Assembly: GCA_034520505.1 (NCBI GenBank)
Contig: JAXHNK010000003.1
Span: 22,323 to 86,322 of the forward strand
Reading direction: 5' to 3'
Length of the DNA: 64,000 bases
Source: Anaerolineales bacterium
GTDB taxonomy: Bacteria > Chloroflexota > Anaerolineae > Anaerolineales > UBA11858
Position numbers and translations under genes: made by a program. Below are positions 7,839 through 16,761 of this stretch, one piece after another (positions within the stretch are counted from its first letter, which is position 1; each line of letters opens with the position of its first letter). The notes beneath the pieces are model-generated. The model was not told the DNA's origin and made no database searches. It saw only the letters and a list, made by a program, of their open reading frames with translations.

Positions 7839-10800
7839 TTAAACTTTAGTGAGATTCACTCTGGTATCATAGAACGAAACACTACCGCCGACAGGATCCA
7901 CCATACAAGTATTATTTCGTAATGATGAATCCGTCCACATTGCAGCATTTGCGTGCACGCCTTTGGCTCTTCTGGGATCACCTTCAATAGTTTCACCATC
8001 AATATCAAAATCATCTGCACCGGTTGCCCAATGACCAAACCCGAGCACAAAGGATATTACTCCAGGTCGCATAGTTTCGGTCGGAATTACTTTACCAATG
8101 ATGTCTTTGGTTTTTCCATTTTTAAAATCCCATCTACCTTCGGTATTTGTAGCGCTTGTAATTCTAACCAGATCATCTTTTTCTAATTTTAATCGTCGAG
8201 CATCTTTAGGATTAATCATTATTCCATTTTCGGGCATAATCGGCTGCAGCCAGTATGCCCCAATTGTTCGGGATTTTGTCTGCGTAATTGTACGGTTCGT
8301 TATCATACTAAATTCATATCCCTCCGAAAGTTCCTCGACTGTTTCCTGGGCGTAATTCATTATCGGAAGATACTTTGCATAACCATAATAGGGTTTTCCT
8401 GTTGCAGCATATTTTTTTGTCGCAGTTTTTTCTTGATATAGATTTAATAAAGCCCCGAAACGGTGAGCCAGTTTATCACCTTCAAAGGATTTATTGTGGT
8501 CCTCATACCTGCCTCCGCGGTTCAAAATAAAAACTACCTTTCGCCAGTTGTCTTCTCCGACAACTTGTTTCCATCTTTGTTCGTCAAAAACAGATTTATC
8601 AAGATGCCTTCTTGCCTGGGAAAAGACCTCAAGCTCGCGGTCATCTGCCTCAGGTACTGCTGATTCTGTGTGAGCGAGATTCGCAATTGCTCTTAGATAT
8701 AGATCATCCGGTTTCGTAATATCCAACCCTTCACCGAGTGCGTTCTTCCCGAATGCTTTCAATCCAAGCTTTTTATTCAAGGCCATAAACATGGATTCCA
8801 GGCTGCACGGAATCTCTTCACCATCAACTTTCACTTTTTCAGGAATGGGTGAAATTACAGGCTGCCGCACATTTTCAACTTTTGCCGCCATATTGGGATG
8901 AGAACCCTGAAATTCCCAGCGTTCTAAATATGACAGATCAGGGAAGATGTAATCGGCATACATTGAAGTGGAACCAATGATGATGTCACTTGTAAAGAAA
9001 AGAGGAAGTTTATCAACGTCGGCAAGCACATCAATATTTGTATGTCCCGCGGGTAACGCATAGGTTGGAGCTCCCATATAAAAGAATAAGGCTTTTACGG
9101 GATATGGATATGCCTCCCCGATACTTGGAATTATTTCTTCATAAATATCTGATGACAGCGGATACCAATTTCTTTTTGCCGGATAACCTTCGAAGATCGT
9201 AGTCTTTTCGTAATCAACACCATGACGAATTGAGCTGATCCCAAAACCAGAAATCTTTTCATCTTGTTTCTTTAAGTCAAAGACACCGCCTTTCGAACCG
9301 TCGTATTTATACGTGGTTGCTTTGGACATTCCACCCGCCCAATCATAATTGCCAATCAACATATTGAGCGACATCCAACTTAGAACATTATAAAAACCAT
9401 TCGTGTGCTGTGCAGGTCCGCGGTGAATATCGACTGCGGCTTGTTTGCCATAGCTTGTTAATTCTTTTGCAACTTCAGTTACATCTTTCTCTTTAACACC
9501 GGCAATTTCACACCATTCGGTAATCGAATGTTCTTCCGAAGATTCTTTAAGAATTTGCAGCCCGGATTTTACTTTTACTTTGTTACCTTCCTTATCGCTA
9601 AGTTCTGTATCAACTAAAAGGTCACCGTAAACCGGGTTCTTTTCATCATTAGGATCAACCCAGGTTGGTTTACCGTTTACCATAACAACCAGGAATTTCT
9701 CCTCATACTCCGAACCGTTAAATATTCTTTTTTCAGGAGATTTCAAACCAAAATCGGCAGCACGTATCAATTTGCCCGGTTCTCCATCTTTTATTTCCAC
9801 AAGATAAGGCGCTGTTGTCCAGCTCGTTTCATTTGCAGCTTGAGCGGCTGCTTTATTTGCATTGCGGAGAAACTTTTCATCGTAACGTTTATTGCTAATG
9901 ATCCATTGAATCATTGCGAGAGCAAGCGCTGCATCCGTACCGGGTTTTAAGGGAAGCCATTGATCTGCTTTGCTGGCAAGTTTTGAGAATCTTGGATCAG
10001 CAACTGCAATTTTTGTGTATCCGCTCGCAAGATTTTTTGTCAATCTAACTGTTCGGTTTGTAGGACCGTAATTAGCTTCAAATAAGTTAGCTCCAACAAA
10101 TAAAACATATTTGGCGTGTTCGAGACTCGCCTGCCAATAAAATTTGCTGCCTCCCTGAAATTTACCCCCTTGATATTGCTCGCTAATTGCCTTGCAGGTA
10201 AAGTAGAGTGACCCCTGACATACTGTAGTGTGCCCGTGAAGATTCGTTGTTCCGAAAGCAGATTGAAATCTTTTAAAGAAATCTTTCCTTCCGTTTTTCA
10301 ATCTTCCGTACGCCATTACAAATTGATTATTCTTCGGTCCTAAATCAGGATGTTCAGGATCAATTAGCTTATCGAGATCCCCTTTATGTTTTTCCTTGAA
10401 TCTTTCTACCAGTCGTTTTTTCTCGCTTCCGTCTTTTTCCTCCCAAATTTCGTCAATGTCTTTAGCCATTTCCCGGGAAACTTTTGAATCGCGCAAAGCC
10501 ATAATATCTTTAAGGCCTTCAACAACCCTGTTCTCTTCACCCGGAACATCGGCAAATAGTTTTCCACCTTCAACTATTTCTGATATGGCTTGCTCAAAGG
10601 GAATTGCAACCCACGTATTTTCACCACGCTTACCGGCACGTTTCAATACTTTCCTTATTCGATAAGGATCATAAGCGATTTGGACACCGGCTTGTCCTTT
10701 TGGACAGAGTCCGCCATCAATCCTCGCGGCTTCATCAAGATCAGTCTTCATTGGAAGGTGCGGCACCATTGTCCAGGGGTTGTAAGGGTTCCCATCAATC

Positions 10801-11054
10801 TTGGCAAGAATACCATCTTGATTTTTTGCTTTCATTCCACAGCCGGTATTACAATTAAGACATACAGAATAAATAAAATTTTCCGGTTTGTTCAAAGTAT
10901 ATTCAGCATCGGGTCGTTTGCTATTGATTATTCCCTGCTGCGTTTGAGCCGATATTTTTCCCTTACCGAAAACAGTTGCCAGAACACCGTTTCCAAGTAA
11001 AGCACCTTTAGCCAGAAATTCTCTGCGGGATGAATCCTTTTTGTTGTTTTTCAT
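7839..11054 (-). CDS. Tat-exported bis-MGD molybdopterin oxidoreductase catalytic subunit, Psr/Phs/Ttr family (TtrA-like by size and gene order)
   Basis: 1071 aa. Twin-arginine signal SRREFLAKGAL, N-terminal FeS motif CLNCNTGCG...CPKG, and a probable Mo-ligand Cys in HGHTTVCQGS. Overlaps the NrfD gene by 4 nt. Substrate cannot be read from the sequence. Confidence 0.85.
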   Translation of the reverse strand: MKNNKKDSSRREFLAKGALLGNGVLATVFGKGKISAQTQQGIINSKRPDAEYTLNKPENFIYSVCLNCNTGCGMKAKNQDGILAKIDGNPYNPWTMVPHLPMKTDLDEAARIDGGLCPKGQAGVQIAYDPYRIRKVLKRAGKRGENTWVAIPFEQAISEIVEGGKLFADVPGEENRVVEGLKDIMALRDSKVSREMAKDIDEIWEEKDGSEKKRLVERFKEKHKGDLDKLIDPEHPDLGPKNNQFVMAYGRLKNGRKDFFKRFQSAFGTTNLHGHTTVCQGSLYFTCKAISEQYQGGKFQGGSKFYWQASLEHAKYVLFVGANLFEANYGPTNRTVRLTKNLASGYTKIAVADPRFSKLASKADQWLPLKPGTDAALALAMIQWIISNKRYDEKFLRNANKAAAQAANETSWTTAPYLVEIKDGEPGKLIRAADFGLKSPEKRIFNGSEYEEKFLVVMVNGKPTWVDPNDEKNPVYGDLLVDTELSDKEGNKVKVKSGLQILKESSEEHSITEWCEIAGVKEKDVTEVAKELTSYGKQAAVDIHRGPAQHTNGFYNVLSWMSLNMLIGNYDWAGGMSKATTYKYDGSKGGVFDLKKQDEKISGFGISSIRHGVDYEKTTIFEGYPAKRNWYPLSSDIYEEIIPSIGEAYPYPVKALFFYMGAPTYALPAGHTNIDVLADVDKLPLFFTSDIIIGSTSMYADYIFPDLSYLERWEFQGSHPNMAAKVENVRQPVISPIPEKVKVDGEEIPCSLESMFMALNKKLGLKAFGKNALGEGLDITKPDDLYLRAIANLAHTESAVPEADDRELEVFSQARRHLDKSVFDEQRWKQVVGEDNWRKVVFILNRGGRYEDHNKSFEGDKLAHRFGALLNLYQEKTATKKYAATGKPYYGYAKYLPIMNYAQETVEELSEGYEFSMITNRTITQTKSRTIGAYWLQPIMPENGIMINPKDARRLKLEKDDLVRITSATNTEGRWDFKNGKTKDIIGKVIPTETMRPGVISFVLGFGHWATGADDFDIDGETIEGDPRRAKGVHANAAMWTDSSLRNNTCMVDPVGGSVSFYDTRVNLTKV

Positions 11055-12214
11055 AATGACGTCCCTAATTTCTTTTGTGTGAAATAAGATAGAAGTTTTA
11101 TTCCAAAATAAACCAACGCAACTCCAAAAGCTCCGATAAACAGCGCAACTAAATACTCGTTTAACGTTGCTGAATAATCAAATCGTAATCTCTCATGGTA
11201 AAAAGCATCTTGTAAACCTTTTAATTCAGCGACCGCCTGACCAGGAACAAGTACGTTTAATCTTGCAGAAACAAATGTAACCGCCACTATAAAGGCACCT
11301 GTTCCCACAGTTTGATAAGTTTTACCTTTCCACAATACATAAAGAGCTATTAATCCACCGCCCAGATGAACAAACCAGAAGACCCACCAGAATGGTCCGA
11401 AAAGAATTAATTCAACTGCCTCTCTTATATGTGAATTTGGCGACCAAAAGACTAAACTGTATTCGGCAAATTCTGCCAGGAAGTAAAAAAGAATGCCGCC
11501 AATAATAACATAACGAAGCATTTTAAATGGCTGCTGTGATAAGTCAAACTCTTTATAATGAAGAAAAGTATAGACCAGTAATAAAACTGCGCCGCCAGAA
11601 GTAATAGCTGATACTAAAAACAATATCGGCAGCAGTGGTGAACTCCAAAACGGTTTAGCATCAACAACACCAAAGAAAGCGCCACTCTGGCTCGGGAAAG
11701 CTATGGAAAACATAAATGCCAAACCCATTAATGGAAGCATCCAGCGAGATTTGTCATGTAAATCGGTCTGCTTTTCTTTCTTCAGTGAAAGCCAAAATAA
11801 TCCAGCTGCACAACCGATAAACAAAGAATACATCCAGGCGTTAAACGCCATCATCGAACCAAAGTTTGGTGCATACAAAATGCGGGCAAATCTGAAAGGC
11901 TGCCCCAAATCTAACCAGATGGAGAACAACCCGGTTATCACTGCTGCGACTGAAACAACAAGTATGACCCGGAAATTCTCCCTGAATCCAGTAAGATCAA
12001 AAACATAACCAAGCGTTCCAATTGCAAACACACCGCCCGAAATTCCAACAAAATGGAAGTAAAGTGCAACCCACAATCCCCAGGGGACGTAACTTCCGTA
12101 GCCAGCTAACTTTTCTCCTGTTGCAAATTTCAAAATCAAACCAGCTAATCCGATGATAAAAACAATCAACCAAATACGTGATACATATTTATAAGTTTTT
12201 GTCAGCATAATCAC
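11051..12214 (-). CDS. NrfD/PsrC-family integral membrane quinol-interacting subunit
   Basis: 387 aa, about 9-10 TM helices, located between the FeS and catalytic subunits. Confidence 0.85.
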   Translation of the reverse strand: MIMLTKTYKYVSRIWLIVFIIGLAGLILKFATGEKLAGYGSYVPWGLWVALYFHFVGISGGVFAIGTLGYVFDLTGFRENFRVILVVSVAAVITGLFSIWLDLGQPFRFARILYAPNFGSMMAFNAWMYSLFIGCAAGLFWLSLKKEKQTDLHDKSRWMLPLMGLAFMFSIAFPSQSGAFFGVVDAKPFWSSPLLPILFLVSAITSGGAVLLLVYTFLHYKEFDLSQQPFKMLRYVIIGGILFYFLAEFAEYSLVFWSPNSHIREAVELILFGPFWWVFWFVHLGGGLIALYVLWKGKTYQTVGTGAFIVAVTFVSARLNVLVPGQAVAELKGLQDAFYHERLRFDYSATLNEYLVALFIGAFGVALVYFGIKLLSYFTQKKLGTSL

Positions 12215-12215
12215 C

Positions 12216-13124
12216 TCACAACAAATAAATTACTGTTGGCTTTGTGCCTTTTTCTTCGAGCAGCTTAACCTGATTCGGTTGACGTGCCATTTCCGTAACG
12301 AGTGAGTCGGGATCATTTGCATCGCCAAAATAATTTGCTCTTCCAATGCAAGTTGTAACACACATAGGAAGCTCACCTTCATTCAAACGATGCAAGCAGA
12401 AATGACATTTACGCGCATTACCCATTGGTGAATTATGTCCTTCACGATTCCAGCTTTTCCCATATTCATTGTTAGGAAGAGTTTCATAGGGTTGTAATTC
12501 AGGAGTATCTTCAGTGTAATATTCGCCGAAGTCGCTCGTTCTGGCGCCGTAAGGGCAGGCCGTTAAACAATAGCGACAGCCGATACATTTATCGTAATCA
12601 ATTTGGGTAATTCCGTCCGGTCTTTTCCATGTTGCATTAACAGGACAAACCGAAACACAAGAAGGATTTTCGCACTGCATACAAGGACGCGGAAAATACC
12701 TGAGCTGAGTATTCGGATATTCTCCCATTTGCTCCTCAACCACAGGACGGTAGACGACTCCGGGGGGAAGTTTATTTTCGGCAATACAGGCAACCGTGCA
12801 AGCGTGGCATCCAACACATTTTCTTGTATCAATGACCATCTTCCATTTTCTTTCTTCAACCGGCTTTGCCAGCGCTTTTTTTAATTCTGCTTGCATTCTG
12901 ATGAGAACATCAGATTCTTCGCTTACCTGGACCGATTTAAATTCAGGAATATCCCGGATTGTATCCGCGCCCGTTGGTGTTTCAGGGGGGGGACTTAATC
13001 TTGCTGCTGTAACCGCTGCAACAGATACAGCAACACCTCCCCCAACAACTCCAGCGGTCTTCAAAAAATCTTTTCTGGTAATTTCCTCGCTGATTGATTT
13101 TTTTTGTTTTGTTTCGTCTGCCAT
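12216..13124 (-). CDS. 4x[4Fe-4S] ferredoxin-type electron-transfer subunit with its own Tat-like signal
   Basis: 302 aa. The N-terminus has [15 protein letters not shown] (an RK variant of the RR motif). Four Cys clusters are present: [41 protein letters not shown]...CVTTC. Confidence 0.9.
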   Translation of the reverse strand: MADETKQKKSISEEITRKDFLKTAGVVGGGVAVSVAAVTAARLSPPPETPTGADTIRDIPEFKSVQVSEESDVLIRMQAELKKALAKPVEERKWKMVIDTRKCVGCHACTVACIAENKLPPGVVYRPVVEEQMGEYPNTQLRYFPRPCMQCENPSCVSVCPVNATWKRPDGITQIDYDKCIGCRYCLTACPYGARTSDFGEYYTEDTPELQPYETLPNNEYGKSWNREGHNSPMGNARKCHFCLHRLNEGELPMCVTTCIGRANYFGDANDPDSLVTEMARQPNQVKLLEEKGTKPTVIYLL

Positions 13125-13278
13125 TTTCTTATCTCCGTTAATGATAGATGCAACTTATAAACAACTTTGAAAGGATTAGTTAAGCGGGAAAACATCTCCC
13201 TGGCATCAGATCAAGATCACAGCAATACCGCCAAATTCAGCATATCGATTTGAACACCGCCATAACCTGTTTATTTCC

Positions 13279-14175
13279 CTATTCCCCTTCGATCCGCAGG
13301 GACTCCATGACCTCGTCCAGGATCAGCAAAGAAGGCTGGAAAGAATCCGCCGCTTCCCCGTCAAGCTGGATCTCCTTCTCCGCGGCATAATTCATGAAAT
13401 TATCATAGAAATCCTCGTCCATGGTAACGTCATCAGGTTCGGGGAGAGAAGGATGGGTGACGGGCAGGACGGCGCTGACATAGTATCTGCCGTCTGCGGT
13501 CAGGCCCTGGAAAGTGTAAAACAAATGCGGCCAGCCGATGGGGGACGCGGCCTGCCCGTACTGGGAGATGAACCGGACCCCGCTCCCGTTTTGAAACTGG
13601 AGATACTGCTCCTGGGCGCGGATGAACTGGGCGGCGTTGAAGAAATGGGCCACACCCACCTCGGGATCCGCCGGCCGGGAGTCCAGCACCCCCTGTAAAT
13701 GGTCGAGCCGCTGACCGACATCAGGGTTCACCGCCTCAAAAGCATCCACGGAATAAACATGGATCACCGGCTCGTGAAAGGTATCTCCCAGCGGATATCC
13801 CACAAAGGTGAAGCGGATATGATCCGGGGTGCTCCAGGGATTTTCCGGATCACCCTGCCCGGGGACCTGCTCGGCGTTGACCGAGAGGGCCGCAGAGGGC
13901 TCAAAGGAGAAGCTGATCCCCCGGTAGACGATGTCCGGCTCGGGGGGAGAAGCGGTGACCGTGGGATGGACGGTGAATGTGGGGGAAGGCGGCGGGAGTT
14001 CGGTGGGCTGCTCCTCACCCGCCGAACGGGCTGCCAGGGTGGCGGCGACGGAAGTGGCGATTTGATCGCCTGGCTGGGTGGTCGGCTGCCCGAGGTCCAG
14101 GGAAACAGCACAGGCCAGCGATAGGGCGGCCAGCAGGCTGACGGCGAACAGGATGGAACTTTTTTTGGTGTTCAT
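13279..14175 (-). CDS. exported hypothetical protein (signal peptide, Pro-rich linker)
   Basis: 298 aa. N-terminal MNTKKSSILFAVSLLAALSLACA, then a Pro/Thr-rich stretch. High GC like the host. No family recognised. Confidence 0.6.
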   Translation of the reverse strand: MNTKKSSILFAVSLLAALSLACAVSLDLGQPTTQPGDQIATSVAATLAARSAGEEQPTELPPPSPTFTVHPTVTASPPEPDIVYRGISFSFEPSAALSVNAEQVPGQGDPENPWSTPDHIRFTFVGYPLGDTFHEPVIHVYSVDAFEAVNPDVGQRLDHLQGVLDSRPADPEVGVAHFFNAAQFIRAQEQYLQFQNGSGVRFISQYGQAASPIGWPHLFYTFQGLTADGRYYVSAVLPVTHPSLPEPDDVTMDEDFYDNFMNYAAEKEIQLDGEAADSFQPSLLILDEVMESLRIEGE

Positions 14176-14223
14176 TCTCCTCCTCCATGGTTGGATATAC
14201 TCATTATATACTTATTTTGACCG

Positions 14224-14928
14224 TTAACCTGACAGCTGGAGGATCGTCTGGAGCACTTCAAGGAACAGCCTGCCGCTGTACAGGATCAAAAAGCCCCCGC
14301 TGAGGGCAAAAATCACCTTCTGGAATTTTCGCCCGAAAAATTGACCGCCCTGAAAGGACATCGTGGAAAGAAAAGTATCCCAGATCAGATCACACATCCA
14401 GTGTCCCACCGCGAAAGCCGCAAAAGCCCACCAGCCAAATTCGGACGAGCGCAGGATCAAAGCCGCGCCCACCGTCACCCACCAGATAAAGAAATAAGGA
14501 TTGCCCAGGCTGAGCACAGCCCCCGCTGCCACGGGTGAACGAGCGCTCCCCAGGGGATCTATCTTTTCCTGATTCAAACCCCGGAGCATGCCCACTCCCA
14601 TATACAGCAAAAAACATCCCCCTACCAGGCCGATTCCAACGGGGACCCAGGGCAGATCCATCAGTGCTCCAACCCCCAGATACACCCCGATCATCAGGGG
14701 GAATTCCACCAACCCGTGGCCGACCGCCACCCAGGCTCCAGCCCAGGGATCTTTGCTTCCATAGCCCACGGTCAGGGAAGTGATCGGGCCGGGGGCCATC
14801 ACCCCGGACAGAGAAACCAGCACCGCTTCTAAGAGAAATGTGATCAACCTGATGCAGCCTCCGGATGGGTCAGTGGACGTATTTAGAAATGATAGCACAT
14901 CCGGGAATTCCTTTTCCGCTAAAATCAC
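14224..14928 (-). CDS. LysE/RhtB-family amino-acid exporter-like membrane protein (start uncertain)
   Basis: Multi-pass membrane protein with the N-proximal APGPI motif typical of LysE translocators. The first ~30 aa of the listed ORF look like an over-extension. Confidence 0.6.
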   Translation of the reverse strand: MILAEKEFPDVLSFLNTSTDPSGGCIRLITFLLEAVLVSLSGVMAPGPITSLTVGYGSKDPWAGAWVAVGHGLVEFPLMIGVYLGVGALMDLPWVPVGIGLVGGCFLLYMGVGMLRGLNQEKIDPLGSARSPVAAGAVLSLGNPYFFIWWVTVGAALILRSSEFGWWAFAAFAVGHWMCDLIWDTFLSTMSFQGGQFFGRKFQKVIFALSGGFLILYSGRLFLEVLQTILQLSG

Positions 14929-14950
14929 CGGACAATCCGCAAGTTTACCC

Positions 14951-16141
14951 TCAGTCTTCTACCTTTACTAAAAGGACCAGCACAGCCAAAGCCAGCAGGT
15001 TTAAACCTACAGCCAGCGCGCTGTTCATGATCATCCCTCCCTGATAAAGCCGGGGGCCGAGGAACGAGCCCAGGGCATCGCCCGCCGAAACGGCGGCAGC
15101 GTGAAAAGCCATCAACGTCGCCCGGGCGCCGGGGCGCAGCTCGCTGACCAGGGAAAGGGCAGTCACCAGGGCAAATTCAAAGGCCAGGTAATAAACGAAC
15201 AGGCTGCTGACGGTTAACACCAATCTGCCCTCCAGTAAGGGAAAGGACAGGGCTGAGAGCAGATTGACGGTCAGCCCCAGTCCCAGGGCAAATTTTTTAC
15301 CCAGCCGATCTGTGAGCAAGCCCACCAGCACCAGTCCGGTAATGCCGGCAGCGCCAATTACCGAAGAAACATCCCCCAGCATCTGCTCGGTCATCTGGAA
15401 AACATGCTCAAACCAGGCGCCGTAAACGATCATGATCGCCCTGCTTCCGGTGATCATCAGGAAACTTACCCCGACAGCGGCCATGGAAGGACGGTGGCGG
15501 ATGGTTTTTTTCAACCCCGCCTTGAGATCCAGCTTTTGTCCAGTGGGGACGCTCGACGGCGGCAGGGCCCAATCGATCAAAATCAGGGAGAGCACCATCA
15601 CCCCTCCGACCCAGAGGAAAGGAGTCGACCAGCTGGACCGGGAAATCACCCGGCCGACCAGGGGTATACCAATTAGAAACGCGCCCGACCAGCCGAACTC
15701 GATCACGGCCATAGCCAGTGCCCGCCTCCGGTAGGGAACCCGGTCGCTGACATAGGCTTGAATGGAGGGGTCAAAAATCACAATCCCCATCCCGAAGAGC
15801 ATGCTGCCCACCAGAAAGGATAAAAAGGTGGGAAAAAACCCCACCAGCAGGGTCCCGGCCGCGATCAAGCCCAGCCCGGCCCGCAGGGCCCACTTCCGTC
15901 CCCGGGTGTCCCCCAGAGAGCCCAGCAGGGGGCTGAGCATACCCAGCGCGGAACGCACCGTGATGGCCAGGGCAGCGGTTTCCAGGGAGACATCCATGCC
16001 CCGGGCCAGGGCGGGAAGGAAGGGAAAAACCATCCGGTGGCCGGTGTAAATGACGGTGCGGGCAAAGCTAATCACCCCCAGCTGCAGCGGCATAGACCTC
16101 GTTTTTGGGGGCAGTGAGGGGTTTTGGGTAGATTCGGGCAT
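14951..16141 (-). CDS. MFS transporter
   Basis: About 12 TM helices with the loop motif GSLGDTRGRK between TM2 and TM3. Start chosen at the internal ATG (MPESTQ...); the listed ORF extends to 16201. Confidence 0.8.
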   Translation of the reverse strand: MPESTQNPSLPPKTRSMPLQLGVISFARTVIYTGHRMVFPFLPALARGMDVSLETAALAITVRSALGMLSPLLGSLGDTRGRKWALRAGLGLIAAGTLLVGFFPTFLSFLVGSMLFGMGIVIFDPSIQAYVSDRVPYRRRALAMAVIEFGWSGAFLIGIPLVGRVISRSSWSTPFLWVGGVMVLSLILIDWALPPSSVPTGQKLDLKAGLKKTIRHRPSMAAVGVSFLMITGSRAIMIVYGAWFEHVFQMTEQMLGDVSSVIGAAGITGLVLVGLLTDRLGKKFALGLGLTVNLLSALSFPLLEGRLVLTVSSLFVYYLAFEFALVTALSLVSELRPGARATLMAFHAAAVSAGDALGSFLGPRLYQGGMIMNSALAVGLNLLALAVLVLLVKVED

Positions 16142-16358
16142 GGACAGATTCCTGGATAAATATAGAAATAACAAGCATGTATTATAACGGAAAGAGGACA
16201 AAGGAACCGGTGGATCCTGCAGTCCGGGATCTGCCCCTGAACCTCCCCAACCGGCGGTAAAGACCAGGCCCTGACCCCATCAAAGAGCAGCGAATCCTGC
16301 CTGGAACTTGAAGCACCCCCCGGGAACCGATCGGGCCCGACACCGATCGGACCCGCAC

Positions 16359-16386
16359 TTGACAACCTCCCCCTTCCGGGTAAAAT
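16359..16386 (+). promoter_or_regulatory. sigma70-like promoter of the arsR-ATPase operon
   Basis: TTGACA (16359-16364), a 16-nt spacer, then TAAAAT (16381-16386). Confidence 0.45.
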
Positions 16387-16387
16387 A

Positions 16388-16409
16388 TGAACAATTGAAC
16401 ATATTTTCA
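16388..16409 (+). promoter_or_regulatory. candidate ArsR/SmtB operator
   Basis: TGAACAATTGAACATATTTTCA contains the imperfect palindrome TGAAC-ATAT-TTTCA. It resembles the TGAA-N6-TTCA cores of SmtB/CzrA-type operators (recalled) and lies immediately after the -10 element. Confidence 0.45.
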
Positions 16410-16425
16410 TCAATTGGAGGATAAG

Positions 16426-16725
16426 ATGAGCCGCTCCCCCCTTAAACCAGCTGTCGCCCACAGGATGGCCGATCTTTTCGCCGCGCTCAGCGACCCCAAC
16501 CGGGTGCGGATAATCGCCGCGCTGCTGGATAATGAGGTCAACGTGGGGGATTTGGCCCGGAAGGTAGAGATGAGCGAATCAGCGGTCTCCCATCAGCTGC
16601 GCACTTTGCGGCAAATGCACCTGGTCCGCCGGCGAAAAGTCGGCCGGGAAGCCTATTACACCCTGGATGACGATCATGTCGCCGACCTCTACCGCCGGAG
16701 CCTGGATCATATCCTTCATCATTAA
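16426..16725 (+). CDS. ArsR/SmtB-family metal-responsive transcriptional repressor
   Basis: HTH region LSDPNRVRIIAALLDNEVNVGDLARKVEMSESAVSHQLRTLRQ. Start set to the ATG 5 nt after GGAGG; the listed ORF starts at a TTG at 16414. Confidence 0.85.
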   Translation: MSRSPLKPAVAHRMADLFAALSDPNRVRIIAALLDNEVNVGDLARKVEMSESAVSHQLRTLRQMHLVRRRKVGREAYYTLDDDHVADLYRRSLDHILHH

Positions 16726-16761
16726 AACTTCCCCCAGCCTACAGAAAACTAAGGAAACAGC

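Larger units (their letters stand above)
7320..13278. other. compositionally foreign low-GC segment carrying the molybdoenzyme operon
   Basis: Hand counts on 60-nt lines give about 32-43% GC inside and about 55-58% in both flanks. Both edges are abrupt. No integrase, transposase or flanking repeat recognised. Confidence 0.75.

Noticed and set aside
7561-7842. 93-aa plus-strand ORF in the spacer downstream of the molybdoenzyme operon
   Set aside because: It has no SD and no recognisable domain, lies antisense-adjacent in low-GC spacer DNA, and overlaps the catalytic-subunit stop. It is likely spurious.
13125-13278. Flanking direct or inverted repeats delimiting the low-GC island
   Set aside because: I compared both junction regions (7320-7400 and 13125-13280) by eye. 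I found no shared repeat of about 8 nt or longer. A computational repeat search is still needed.
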